Assembly (NCBI GenBank): GCA_039811685.1
Contig: JBDHZC010000004.1
Coordinates: 256,001 to 320,000 of the forward strand
Direction: 5' to 3'
Source: Armatimonadota bacterium
Lineage (GTDB): Bacteria > Armatimonadota > UBA5829 > DSUL01
Length of the DNA stretch: 64,000 nt
The notes below the pieces were generated by a model. That model was not told the DNA's origin. It worked only from the letters and a program-made list of their open reading frames with translations, and did no database searches. Numbering within the stretch: position 1 is the stretch's first letter; the number at the start of each line of letters is the position of its first letter. Shown in pieces: positions 19,353 through 29,548 of this stretch. A program made the position numbers and the translations under genes.

Positions 19353-20213
19353 TCAGTTGTTTGCGCGAGGGCGGTTGTTACCCTGAGAAGCGCTGCGGTT
19401 ACGTCCTTGCCGGTTCGCGCCTCGATTGGACCTCCACATCTCACGCTGAGCCTCTCGCCATTGCTGGTAGGTGGGAGAATTGCTGTTGCGCAGATCTCTG
19501 TACGCCTGCATCCGCGCTTCCATCAAGGCTTTTCGATCTGTCGGATTCATGGCAATGTCATCAGCCATAGACCTCTCAAGAGCCTGAGCGCGGTCCTGGC
19601 GATTCATCTGCAGAAAGCTCTGATCCTGTTGACGGCTGAGATCGGCGTACCCGAGCGCGTTAGCCGAGACCGGCGCCGCCGGGTTGATTTCCCCCACATC
19701 TGCGGGAATCTCCGAACCGATCAAGAGATAGACTGGCTTCAAGCCCAACTGTTTGGCTGTCTCTGCCACCTGAGTGCGTTTGGCATCTGACTTCGTCAGC
19801 GTAAGCTGAGAACCAGTCTGCGGATCGTAGAGCATCATTGTCCTGGCAGCTTCGAGCTGTTGAAGGAGAGCAGCCTGCTGCCGGGCTTTGTCCAGCTCGT
19901 CCTTTTTGGATGTCCCGTCTGGAATAAAAACTTGACGCCAGGTTGCCTTGGTCGCTCTGGCCACAGCATCCAGTACCTGCTCCAGTGGAGTCTGAGTGAA
20001 GTTGCCGCTGAAGTGCGCTGTGGCAACGCCATCTACCAGCACAGGGATACTGGCTTTCTCTGTAAGCGCTGTCGCGACTGCACTGAGGCTCAGGTCTTCT
20101 GCGCTCAAAGAGACGGGCGGTCCTCCAGGTGCGGAGCTGTCTTGAGCGGTGGCTGGAATGGCCGATGAAGCCAGCGCCGCTGCTATTGCCACGGCCAAAA
20201 ATCTGGGCTGCAT
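19353..20213 (-). CDS. Exported protein with secretin N0/STN-like N-terminal domain
   Basis: Signal peptide; VSLSAEDLSLSAVATALTEKASIPVLVD...FTQTPLEQVLDAV; R/N-rich tail. Confidence 0.7.
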   Translation of the reverse strand: MQPRFLAVAIAAALASSAIPATAQDSSAPGGPPVSLSAEDLSLSAVATALTEKASIPVLVDGVATAHFSGNFTQTPLEQVLDAVARATKATWRQVFIPDGTSKKDELDKARQQAALLQQLEAARTMMLYDPQTGSQLTLTKSDAKRTQVAETAKQLGLKPVYLLIGSEIPADVGEINPAAPVSANALGYADLSRQQDQSFLQMNRQDRAQALERSMADDIAMNPTDRKALMEARMQAYRDLRNSNSPTYQQWREAQREMWRSNRGANRQGRNRSASQGNNRPRANN

Positions 20214-20367
20214 AGCTCTTGTTCCCTTTCGATCAACTGCTGACGCTCTGGTCAGGCATAATTCTCTTGGATTATAGACGAACGGAGACCCGGTAGTCTT
20301 AACAGGTGTCTGGCCGCAGCCGCAAGAATGAACCGCAGAGGTTCAATTGCTGGCATTTTCGCCGCTA

Positions 20368-20376
20368 TGTTATACT
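20368..20376 (+). promoter_or_regulatory. Extended -10 promoter TGT-TATACT (ilvE)
   Basis: About 30 nt upstream of ATG 20408. Confidence 0.5.
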
Positions 20377-20407
20377 GGGAATAACTTCTTGGGAGTGTAA
20401 ACGCGTT

Positions 20408-21331
20408 ATGGGTAAGTTCATTTTCCTCAATGGGCAGGTGGTTCCGCACGAACAGGGCGTGGTCTCCGTATACGATCATGGATTCCTGTACGGCGATGGT
20501 GTCTTTGAGGGGATCAGGACTTACAATGGGCGCGTCTTCAAACTGGATGAGCACATCGAAAGGCTCTTCCATTCCTCGCATGCGCTGATGATTGATATTG
20601 GGATGACTCCGCAGGAGATGCGAAACGCAATCCTCGATTTGAACAGGCGCAACGAGCAGCGAGACGGCTACAATCGCATCACGGTGACTCGCGGGGTTAC
20701 TCTGGGGCTGGACCCCAAAAACTGCAAGCAGGCCACAGTCGTCATTATGAACGATGGGCTTGCTCTGTACCCGAAGCAGATGTACGAAGAGGGACTGGAC
20801 GTTGTCACAGTGTCCACGCGCGTGGCTATGCCGCAGACTGTGGAGCCTCGCGTGAAGTCGCTGGGCAAGTATGTGGCGAACATCCAGGCGAAGCTGGAAG
20901 CCAACCGTGTTCAGGCGGGTGAAGGGCTGATGCTCAATACGCACGGCTATGTTGCCGAGTGCACGGGTGACAACATCTTTCTCGTGCGTGATGGCAAAGT
21001 CATCACGCCGCCTGCGTGGGCCGGAATTCTTCAGGGGATCACACGTAACACGGTCATGCAACTGGCCAGCGACCTTGGCTATGACGTGATTGAAGACATC
21101 TTCACTCTCTTTGATGTGTACACGGCGCAAGAGTGCTTCCTCACTGGAACGGCCGCGGAAGTCATCCCGGTACGCTCGGTGGACGGGCGATCTATAGGCT
21201 CTGCGGCTCCTGGGCCGGTTACTGTACATCTGATGAGCGCTTTCAGGGAACTTACGAGGACCTCAGGTGTTCAAATATACGAGAGTTCGCAGGTGACTGA
21301 CGAGCCTCTGTCAACAGCGCCGGTAGGGTAG
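20408..21331 (+). CDS. ilvE: Branched-chain amino acid aminotransferase
   Basis: DHGFLYGDGVFEGIR, RVKSL, AECTGDNIF, ILQGITR, ECFLTGTAAEV. Confidence 0.95.
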   Translation: MGKFIFLNGQVVPHEQGVVSVYDHGFLYGDGVFEGIRTYNGRVFKLDEHIERLFHSSHALMIDIGMTPQEMRNAILDLNRRNEQRDGYNRITVTRGVTLGLDPKNCKQATVVIMNDGLALYPKQMYEEGLDVVTVSTRVAMPQTVEPRVKSLGKYVANIQAKLEANRVQAGEGLMLNTHGYVAECTGDNIFLVRDGKVITPPAWAGILQGITRNTVMQLASDLGYDVIEDIFTLFDVYTAQECFLTGTAAEVIPVRSVDGRSIGSAAPGPVTVHLMSAFRELTRTSGVQIYESSQVTDEPLSTAPVG

Positions 21332-21383
21332 GCAGCAGGTTATTGCGCTAAGCACACCTGGAGCGCTGATAGCGAGGGTTTGA

Positions 21384-21415
21384 GAGCCGTGGAAGAAGCT
21401 TGACTTCCGCGGCTC
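21384..21415 (+). terminator. Hairpin downstream of ilvE
   Basis: GAGCCGTGGAAG-N8-CTTCCGCGGCTC; weak U tract. Confidence 0.4.
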
Positions 21416-22086
21416 TTGCGTTCTGTGGGTGTTAGTGCCCCATCTACGCGAAACGCCAGCGATCCGTGTGGACATTCCGTCCAGCGGGGAGGACAACCGT
21501 GGGGTAAGTTGCTAAGAATCTCAGGCTCTCACGCATCTCGCTGCGATTTCCAATAGCTGCAAGATCAGCCGAGGGAATCAGTATGATGCGCTAGCCGGTT
21601 GGTCGGGGGTGACTTTCTGGTTGTTCTGAGATATGCTTTGAAGATTGATTTCCAGTAACTGCGCCGCCTGAGTGTAACGGAACCTGAATCCTCCAAGCAC
21701 AGTTATGTAAAGAGAAGGCTGTGTGGGATGAGACATTCCCGGCGGACTCATCATAGAGATAGTTGCCGGTGCGCAGTTGCGGTTTGGAAACTCTTCCGTT
21801 CGGACAGATAGTCCGGGCTCGCATTGAGGAATGATAGAGTAAGTGTGAGCAGGCGACCGGGCGACGAGGCGCATGCGGGTATAGTAACAATGCCCGCGCG
21901 CTAAGGTAGGACGGATTCGGAGTCTGGGCGTCACAGCGGAAAAATGGCTGAGGCGCAATGGGAAGAGTCTAAAAGACAACGGTCTGAAAACCGATTCTAA
22001 GAGTTAACAGTGGTTAAGAAGTTTCTGGCGATGGCTACTTTAGCGCCGCCAACTGGCAACCAGCCACGAGGGGAGGTCTGACCAAA

Positions 22087-24564
22087 ATGTGGCAACGATT
22101 CACCGAGCGAGCGCGCAGGGTTGTGTTCTTTGCGCAGGAAGAGGCGAACAGGCTCGGCGAGAACTATGTGAGCACCGAGCATCTGCTTCTGGGTCTGGTC
22201 CGTGAGAATGACAGCGTGGCCGCGAGGATTCTGGATCGACTGGGCGTGTCTCTAAGCCGCATTCGGGCGGAAGTAGAGCGTCAGGTCTCTCGTGGGGATG
22301 GCCGGCTTGGTCAGGACATGCAGCTTACACCTCGTGCAAAGCGCGTCATTGATCTGGCCTACGACGAAGCCCGCCAGCTCAACAACAACTACATCGGGAC
22401 CGAGCATCTTCTGCTCGGGCTGATCAGAGAAGGTGACGGCCTGGCTGGCAGAGTGCTGCAGAAGCTGGGTGTGGACCTCGAGAGAACTCGTCGCGAGGTT
22501 ATGAATCTCCAGGATACGGATACCGCTCTGTCAACAACGCGGACGCGCTCCCGGACGCCGACCCTGGATGAGTTCGGCCGTGATCTGACAGACCTGGCTC
22601 GTTCTGAAAAGTTGGACCCTGTCATCGGGCGTCACTCAGAGATCGAGCGCGTTATACAGATTTTGTCCCGTCGCACGAAGAACAACCCGTGTCTGATAGG
22701 GGAGCCGGGTGTGGGCAAGACCGCAATTGCCGAGGGCTTGGCGCAGCGGATCGCCTCCGGGGACATCCCCGAGATGCTCAAAGACCGCCGCATTGTCGCT
22801 CTCGACCTTCCGGGGCTGGTCGCTGGCACCAAGTATCGGGGTGAGTTCGAAGAGCGGATGAAGCGCGTCATTGACGAGGTTCGCAAGGCTTCCGGCGAAG
22901 TCATCCTTTTTGTCGATGAGCTCCACACGCTGGTTGGGGCGGGAGCTGCTGAGGGCGCGATTGATGCCTCCAACATCATGAAGCCTGCGCTGGCGCGCGG
23001 TGAATTGCAGTGTATCGGCGCAACAACGCTGGATGAATTCCGCAAGTACATCGAGCGCGACGCTGCTCTTGAGCGGCGCTTCCAGCCTGTTCAGGTGCGA
23101 GAGCCGTCTGTGGAAGACGCCATTGAGATTCTTCGCGGGCTGCGGCCGCGCTATGAAGAGCATCATGGCATCCAGATTGAGGATGAAGCTCTGGTCGCTG
23201 CCGCCCGCCTGGCGGATCGCTACATCAGCGATCGCTCTTTGCCCGACAAAGCTATCGATCTCATTGATGAGGCGGCGTCCCGCGTTCGGTTACAGCTGGC
23301 CCTGCCTCCGGTGGAGTTACGGGAAGTGAACGTTGAGCTGCAGTCCATCAGCAAAGAGCTCGCGTCACTCCCGCAGAACTCGGAGTACGAGCGAGCAGTT
23401 GATTTACAGGCTCGCGAGCGAGAGCTGAAGGACAGGCTCTCCGACCTCAGCCGGGACTGGGATGAGCGCCGTGAGCAGATGCAGCAGACTGTCTCAGAAG
23501 ACGAGATTGCGCACATTGTGTACTCGTGGACGGGTATTCCGGTCTCGCGGCTGGTAGAAGGCGAGACGGCTAAGCTGCTCAAAATGGAGGAAGTTCTGCA
23601 CCACCGGATTATCGGGCAGAACGAAGCCATCGAGGCGATCAGCCGGGCAGTGAGGCGAGCGCGCAGCGGGCTGAAAGATCCTAAGCGGCCGATGGGATCG
23701 TTCGTATTCCTCGGGCCGACTGGCGTGGGCAAGACAGAGCTTGCACGAGCGCTGGCGGAGTTCCTGTTTGACAATGAGGACAACCTCATCCGAATTGACA
23801 TGTCTGAGTATATGGAGCGCTTTGCAGTCTCCAGACTGGTTGGGGCGCCTCCCGGATATGTTGGGTACGATGAGGGCGGTCAGCTCACAGAGCAGGTTCG
23901 CCGCCGCCCGTACTCGGTAATTTTGCTGGACGAGATTGAGAAGGCGCATCCTGAGGTGTTCAACATCCTTCTGCAGGTTATGGAGGACGGACGCCTGACG
24001 GACGCTCAAGGACGAGTCGTGGACTTCAAAAACACGGTTCTGATTATGACGTCCAACATTGGGGCTCATCTGATCGCAGGAGAGTCCACGATGGGGCTGC
24101 GCAGTCTGAAGCCTGTCGGCGAAGATCAGAAGTCTTACGAGGGTATGAGGAATCGCGTGATGGAAGAGATGAAGAAGGTCTTCCGTCCGGAGTTCATCAA
24201 CCGCGTGGACGAGACCATTGTGTTCCATTCGCTCAGCAAAGACGAGATCGTTCAGATTGTTGACCTGATGCTGGATCGAGTGAGAGTGCAGCTTCGCACG
24301 CAAGGGATGGAGCTGGAAATCTCCCGAGAAGTCAAGGAACTGCTGGCGGAGGAAGGCTTCGATCCGACATTTGGCGCGCGGCCTCTACGCAGAGCCGTTC
24401 AGCGTCAGATTGAAGATCCGCTGTCCGAAGAGATTCTGCTCGGCCGCTTCAGCGACGGCGATAAGATACGCGCTGAGGTGGAGGACGGCAAGATCTTCTT
24501 CACGAAGGCGGATGCTTCTCTGGACAAGCTGGCCTCGGTTGAGGAGCAGCCATCGAAAAACTGA
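22087..24564 (+). CDS. clpC: ATP-dependent Clp protease ATP-binding subunit ClpC
   Basis: Two Clp_N repeats, [38 protein letters not shown]. Confidence 0.97.
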   Translation: MWQRFTERARRVVFFAQEEANRLGENYVSTEHLLLGLVRENDSVAARILDRLGVSLSRIRAEVERQVSRGDGRLGQDMQLTPRAKRVIDLAYDEARQLNNNYIGTEHLLLGLIREGDGLAGRVLQKLGVDLERTRREVMNLQDTDTALSTTRTRSRTPTLDEFGRDLTDLARSEKLDPVIGRHSEIERVIQILSRRTKNNPCLIGEPGVGKTAIAEGLAQRIASGDIPEMLKDRRIVALDLPGLVAGTKYRGEFEERMKRVIDEVRKASGEVILFVDELHTLVGAGAAEGAIDASNIMKPALARGELQCIGATTLDEFRKYIERDAALERRFQPVQVREPSVEDAIEILRGLRPRYEEHHGIQIEDEALVAAARLADRYISDRSLPDKAIDLIDEAASRVRLQLALPPVELREVNVELQSISKELASLPQNSEYERAVDLQARERELKDRLSDLSRDWDERREQMQQTVSEDEIAHIVYSWTGIPVSRLVEGETAKLLKMEEVLHHRIIGQNEAIEAISRAVRRARSGLKDPKRPMGSFVFLGPTGVGKTELARALAEFLFDNEDNLIRIDMSEYMERFAVSRLVGAPPGYVGYDEGGQLTEQVRRRPYSVILLDEIEKAHPEVFNILLQVMEDGRLTDAQGRVVDFKNTVLIMTSNIGAHLIAGESTMGLRSLKPVGEDQKSYEGMRNRVMEEMKKVFRPEFINRVDETIVFHSLSKDEIVQIVDLMLDRVRVQLRTQGMELEISREVKELLAEEGFDPTFGARPLRRAVQRQIEDPLSEEILLGRFSDGDKIRAEVEDGKIFFTKADASLDKLASVEEQPSKN

Positions 24565-24611
24565 CTTGCCTGTGACCCTGAACCTGGGGTCTATGTAATC
24601 TAACATCTGAA

Positions 24612-24641
24612 AGCAGCCCCGGCGCAAACGCCGGGGCTGCT
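24612..24641 (+). terminator. Strong hairpin after clpC
   Basis: AGCAGCCCCGGCG-CAAA-CGCCGGGGCTGCT, perfect 13-bp stem. Confidence 0.7.
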
Positions 24642-24663
24642 GACGTACTGGTGCGCGGTTTCG

Positions 24664-24672
24664 TGCTACAAT
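24664..24672 (+). promoter_or_regulatory. Extended -10 promoter TGC-TACAAT (radA)
   Basis: Lies between the clpC hairpin and the radA ATG. Confidence 0.5.
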
Positions 24673-24715
24673 CCTGCTGTTCACAGTCGCCGGAAACCGA
24701 CAACTTGTAGCTCCC

Positions 24716-26095
24716 ATGCCCAAGACAACAACCAAATTTGTATGCCAGAGTTGCGCCTATGAGTCCCCGAAATGGATGGGGCGCTGTCCTGACTGCGGTG
24801 AATGGGCCTCTATGATTGAAGAAATCGTCACCCCCCGCACTAATGGGAAAGGCCGCACAGCCTCGGGCCACGCTCCAGCAGCCGTGCCTCTGGGTGATAT
24901 TGAGCTGGCTGATCAGGATCGCACAACAACCAGCCTGCCGGAACTGGATCGTGTGCTGGGTGGAGGCCTTGTCGCCGGGTCGCTCGTTCTGATTGGAGGA
25001 GATCCGGGCATTGGCAAATCCACGTTGCTGATGCAGGTATCTGGGAACCTGGCCAGTGGAGGCTCCAGAGTGCTCTATATCTCCGGGGAAGAGTCACCGA
25101 GGCAAATCAAATTGCGAGCGAGGCGGCTCGGCATTGTAGCAGACACCATTCACGTGAGCTCAGAAACGGATGCGAGCGCGCTGGGTGCGCTGGTCGAGAC
25201 CTGTGCGGCGGACACTATTGTCGTGGACTCTATCCAGACCATGTCCGATCCGTCTTCGCCGTCTGCCGCCGGCACTGTAAGCCAGGTGCGCGGCTCAGCG
25301 TCACTCATCGCAGAAGTCGCAAAGTCTCGCGGGATTCCGGCGTTCATCGTCGGCCATGTGACTAAAGAAGGCTCGCTTGCAGGGCCGCGAGTTCTGGAGC
25401 ACATGGTTGATACGGTGTTGTATTTCGAGGGTGAACGCGACAATGCTTATCGCATTCTACGGGCGGTCAAGAATCGTTTCGGAGCGACGGACGAAGTGGG
25501 CATTTTCGAGATGCGCGGCGACGGATTGGCGGAAGTTCCGAATCCTTCGGCGTATCTGCTGGCGGAGCGCGACGAACACGGGTGCGGGAGCGTGGTGTGC
25601 CCGACACTGGAGGGAACACGCCCGCTTTTGGTGGAAATCCAGGCGCTGGCCGCTCCCAGCTATTTCCCTGCGCCGCGCCGGATGGCCAGCGGAGTGGACT
25701 TCAACCGCTTTCTGCTTGTCCTTGCTGTGCTGGAGAAGCGCGCTGGAGTATTCCTGGGAAAGTCTGATGTGTACGCGAACGTCACGGGCGGCTTGCGTCT
25801 GGTCGAGCCTGCAACGGACCTCGCTGTCGCAGTCGCGGTGGCTTCCAGCATAAAAGACGTTCCAGTGCGCCGTGGTACAGCCGTACTTGGAGAGGTTGGT
25901 CTGGCAGGAGAAGTGCGCGGTGTCTCGCAGGCCGAGCGGCGCATTCGGGAAGCGGCGCGGCTTGGTTTTGACAGAGTCATTTTGTCTCAACGCGACAAGT
26001 CTCAGATTCAGGACGGCAGGGGCGTGGAGTTGATGGGTGTGCGCTCTGTCGCTCAGGCTGTGCACCAGGCTCTGGCGGACGGATCCGGCAGCTGA
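24716..26095 (+). CDS. radA: DNA repair protein RadA/Sms
   Basis: C4 zinc finger, GDPGIGKST, KNRFG motif, Lon-like C-terminus. Confidence 0.97.
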   Translation: MPKTTTKFVCQSCAYESPKWMGRCPDCGEWASMIEEIVTPRTNGKGRTASGHAPAAVPLGDIELADQDRTTTSLPELDRVLGGGLVAGSLVLIGGDPGIGKSTLLMQVSGNLASGGSRVLYISGEESPRQIKLRARRLGIVADTIHVSSETDASALGALVETCAADTIVVDSIQTMSDPSSPSAAGTVSQVRGSASLIAEVAKSRGIPAFIVGHVTKEGSLAGPRVLEHMVDTVLYFEGERDNAYRILRAVKNRFGATDEVGIFEMRGDGLAEVPNPSAYLLAERDEHGCGSVVCPTLEGTRPLLVEIQALAAPSYFPAPRRMASGVDFNRFLLVLAVLEKRAGVFLGKSDVYANVTGGLRLVEPATDLAVAVAVASSIKDVPVRRGTAVLGEVGLAGEVRGVSQAERRIREAARLGFDRVILSQRDKSQIQDGRGVELMGVRSVAQAVHQALADGSGS

Positions 26096-26407
26096 TTCCG
26101 CCTGATTGCTCAAAGCGCGCAGCTGGGGCGGACGCTACGCCGCTTTTGCTGCTAAAATCACACGGTAGCCTGACACTGTCCGCTCACACGCCTGGTTCAT
26201 GCACACGGCTGTCACCAGGGAGCTGTCCGTCCATTTGTCAGGCGTCCAGGTCGTTACCAGGGTGGTTTTACAACTCTCGAAAGATTGCGTCTCTTTGAAC
26301 TGCTGTCATTCTTCTGAACTCTTTGTGAAAGAGCTGGCTCTGCCCTCAGTCCAGCTCAGCATTGGGCTTCGTGGCTCATCGCCTCCAAGTAAGGTGACCT
26401 CTCGCAC

Positions 26408-27295
26408 ATGAGACCGCCTGGACCGTTGACGTTGAATAATGGCTATGTTGCGGCCTCCGTTTACTGGGCGCTGGTGGAGGATGGCCCCACTGGAGATATG
26501 ACCACGGACGCCTGCGTCGACTGGACAGCGCGTGTGGACGCCAAAATCATTGCCAAGGCTCCCGGCGTTATTGCTGGCACAGAGTTTGCTCGCGAAGCGT
26601 TCCACCAGTGCGGTGCGCATTGCGAGCTGAAAGTTGGGGACGGTGATCGGGTCGTGCCCGGGCAGATCATTCTGGTTCTGGAGCAGCAGCCCGCTCGCTC
26701 CGTCTTGAAGGCCGAGCGCGTTGCCCTCAATTTTCTTGGACATCTCTCTGGTATTGCCACGACTACGGCTGAGTTTGTCAAAGCGTGTGAGGGCACTGGA
26801 GCCGAAATCCTCGACACAAGAAAGACGACTCCGGGGCTGAGGGTGGCAGAGAAGGCTGCTGTAAAGGCGGGTGGGGGCCAAAATCATCGCCAGGGTCTCT
26901 CAGACGGAATTCTCATCAAAGAGAATCACATACGCGCGGCTGGCGCTATCAGCCGCGCCGTGAGTCTGGCGTTGCAGGCTGCTCCTGACGATCAGTTTGT
27001 AGAGGTTGAAGTCACCAATCTTGACGAGATGCGCGAGGCCATGGACAACGGCGCCAAAATCGTCCTGCTCGACAACATGAGTGAGGAGATGATGAGGGAG
27101 GCTGCGGCGAAAGCAAAAGAGCGCGGAGTCCGTACGGAAGCCTCGGGAAACGTCAATCTGGAGAATGTGCGCCGGATTGCGCAGACAGGTGTTGACTACA
27201 TTTCTATCGGATGGCTGACGCACTCCGCCCGAGCTCTTGATCTCAGTCTCCTGGTCGAATATGAGCCACTGCCCGATGTCGTGGTTGACGTGTGA
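26408..27295 (+). CDS. nadC: Nicotinate-nucleotide pyrophosphorylase (quinolinate PRTase)
   Basis: ERVALNFL, DTRKTTPG, LIKENH, EVEV, LLDN, EASG. Confidence 0.96.
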   Translation: MRPPGPLTLNNGYVAASVYWALVEDGPTGDMTTDACVDWTARVDAKIIAKAPGVIAGTEFAREAFHQCGAHCELKVGDGDRVVPGQIILVLEQQPARSVLKAERVALNFLGHLSGIATTTAEFVKACEGTGAEILDTRKTTPGLRVAEKAAVKAGGGQNHRQGLSDGILIKENHIRAAGAISRAVSLALQAAPDDQFVEVEVTNLDEMREAMDNGAKIVLLDNMSEEMMREAAAKAKERGVRTEASGNVNLENVRRIAQTGVDYISIGWLTHSARALDLSLLVEYEPLPDVVVDV

Positions 27296-28059
27296 GCGAC
27301 GTGTCAGCTTCTGACAAGCTGCCTGTCGAAGTCGTTCGTGTCTCCTCTATCGACTCGACCAGCAGTTATCTCGCACAGCTTGTGGCCTCCGGCGCACGTG
27401 TGGGAACTGCCGTTATTGCCGGAGAACAGACTTCAGGACGCGGCCAGCTCGGACGCCCATGGCACTCTCCCAGAGGCGCCTTTTTCCTCTCAATAGCCCT
27501 CACCGGCGCTGATCCTCGATGCCTTGTTTTTGGGCTGCCGGTTGTTCTGGCGCGTACACTACGGTCTGTGTGCAACTTGCAGGCCGGCTGTCGTTGGCCC
27601 AACGATATTGTCGTTGATGGCAGAAAAATCGGAGGGGTCTTGATCGAAAGCAGCGCTCGTCAAAGTGTCTGGATTGTCGGCTGCGGAGTGAACGTCAACG
27701 TTTCTGAGTTTCCTGAAGACCTGCGTGGCAGTGCGACAAGTGCGCTTATTGAGACCGGACACGTGGCGCCACTGGAGGGCGCCGATGGATTCGAAGAAGC
27801 CTTCTTCGCCCATCTCAACGAGTTCATTTGCAGTCCAGACGCCCGCCATCTGTCTGGAGTTCTAACTCTCTGGCGGAGCTTCGACACGACTGCAGGAAGT
27901 CTGGTACGCGTGAGACGGCAAGAGACAGAAGGGGTAGTGGAAGCCGTAGCAGTGGACGGGATGGGGCGTCTTGTGACAAAAGACGGTGAAGAGTTTGAGG
28001 TTGTTGTCGGTGCGAGCACACTGGAATGGCTGCGCGCCGGGCCGGCCCCTCACATCTAG
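27292..28059 (+). CDS. birA: Biotin--protein ligase (no HTH domain)
   Basis: [33 protein letters not shown]. Confidence 0.9.
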   Translation: MSDVSASDKLPVEVVRVSSIDSTSSYLAQLVASGARVGTAVIAGEQTSGRGQLGRPWHSPRGAFFLSIALTGADPRCLVFGLPVVLARTLRSVCNLQAGCRWPNDIVVDGRKIGGVLIESSARQSVWIVGCGVNVNVSEFPEDLRGSATSALIETGHVAPLEGADGFEEAFFAHLNEFICSPDARHLSGVLTLWRSFDTTAGSLVRVRRQETEGVVEAVAVDGMGRLVTKDGEEFEVVVGASTLEWLRAGPAPHI

Positions 28060-28082
28060 AGGATATTTTCGGAGGCTGCATT

Positions 28083-28859
28083 TTGCCAAAGCTTGTTTTG
28101 ATCAGACACGGAGAGAGTACCTGGAACAAAGAAAACCGGTTCACTGGCTGGACCGATGTGGATTTGTCTCCTGCCGGGATCGACCAGGCCGTCAGCGCCG
28201 GGCGGTTGCTGCGGGATGAAGGTTTCACCTTCGATATCGCGTACACGTCCGTCCTCAAGCGCGCGATACGCACGCTGTGGCTTGTCCAGGATGAGATGGA
28301 TCTGCTCTGGATTCCGGTCTACAAGTCCTGGCGGTTGAACGAGCGCCACTATGGCGATCTGCAGGGGCTGAACAAGGCGGAAACGGCAGCTAGATTTGGA
28401 GATGAGCAGATAAAAATATGGCGCCGCAGCTACGATGTACCGCCACCTGCGCTTGATCCCTCCGACGACCGCTACCCCGGCCACGATCCGCGCTACCAGA
28501 GTCTTTCAGATGAAGAACTCCCGCTCACAGAGTGTCTGAAAGACACTGTCGCGCGCTTCCTGCCTTACTGGCACGAAACAATAGCGCCTGTAATTGCCAG
28601 CGGCAAGCGGGTCATTATTGCTGCGCACGGCAACAGCCTCCGGGCACTGGTGAAGTATCTGGACAATATCTCAGACTCGAGTATCGTGGATCTGAATATT
28701 CCCACGGGAGTTCCGCTTGTCTATGAACTGGACGCCAACCTCAAACCCATCAGACAGAATCGCTCTGTAGAGCCACTGAGTGGCTATTATCTAGGTGATC
28801 CCGCGGCTATTGCCGCGGCTGCGGCTGCAGTGGCGGCTCAAGGGAAGGCGAAGAGCTAG
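28083..28859 (+). CDS. gpmA: 2,3-bisphosphoglycerate-dependent phosphoglycerate mutase
   Basis: [28 protein letters not shown] start after GGAGG. Confidence 0.97.
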   Translation: MPKLVLIRHGESTWNKENRFTGWTDVDLSPAGIDQAVSAGRLLRDEGFTFDIAYTSVLKRAIRTLWLVQDEMDLLWIPVYKSWRLNERHYGDLQGLNKAETAARFGDEQIKIWRRSYDVPPPALDPSDDRYPGHDPRYQSLSDEELPLTECLKDTVARFLPYWHETIAPVIASGKRVIIAAHGNSLRALVKYLDNISDSSIVDLNIPTGVPLVYELDANLKPIRQNRSVEPLSGYYLGDPAAIAAAAAAVAAQGKAKS

Positions 28860-28931
28860 GTCTCTGGACGGAAATAGCTGTTGATGTCGGGCGCGTAAGG
28901 CGAACCTCGCCGCTGTGAAAGACAGGACAGT

Positions 28932-29297
28932 CTACACGCCCGCCATGTCGCGGAAATAGACTATCTGCTGGAGAGCTTTTTCGTGTGAAGGGTCGATAGC
29001 CAGAACTTTCTCGAAGCCAGCCTTAGCCTCCTCGAACATTCCCAGCATGGCGTGCGTCATGGCCAGATCGCACAGGACCTCGACATTGTCGGTCGTCAGT
29101 TCTGCAGCTTTTTCCAGCTCTTCTATAGATTCGTCGAAGAGTCCCTGGAAACCGTAGACCAAGCCAAGCTGCCGATGCGCCTCCGCATTGTTCGGATCCT
29201 CAGCAATCACTTCATTGATTACGGCCACTGCGTCGTCGTAGGCGCCGTCTATTTTGTGTTGTATTGCTACGCGAAGGCGCTCCACGGTGTCCGCCAT
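28932..29297 (-). CDS. Tetratricopeptide repeat protein
   Basis: About three TPR motifs (DPNNAEAHRQLGLVY; LAIDPSH); extended -10 TGT-TATACT at 29412-29420. Confidence 0.88.
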   Translation of the reverse strand: MADTVERLRVAIQHKIDGAYDDAVAVINEVIAEDPNNAEAHRQLGLVYGFQGLFDESIEELEKAAELTTDNVEVLCDLAMTHAMLGMFEEAKAGFEKVLAIDPSHEKALQQIVYFRDMAGV

Positions 29298-29548
29298 TAC
29301 CTCTGCCCGTCGCCTCTACTTTCTTGTTGCGGCTTCACACACAAACAGGCGCGATCCCAAAAGAACGGCAACTGCGGCGGCTGCCGGAGTCGAGTCAGCC
29401 TGCTACCTAGAAGTATAACACCGCAGCGCTCCCTGCATCAAGAGCAGGTCTATGTGATGTTCCTGTGCGCAACTGTGCCTGGGCCGTCGTAGCATTCTGG
29501 CTGATGAAGGGCACTGGGCAGATCGAGGAGAAACAGCGTATCAGTGCC

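Noticed and set aside
20252..21229. Long antisense ORFs (e.g. 20252-21229, 43075-44013, 45707-46600, 4961-5839)
   Set aside because: They are shadows of well-supported genes on the opposite strand in GC-rich DNA and carry no recognisable motifs.
21578..21979. Minus-strand ORFs between ilvE and clpC
   Set aside because: No RBS-start pairing, atypical composition, no domain similarity.
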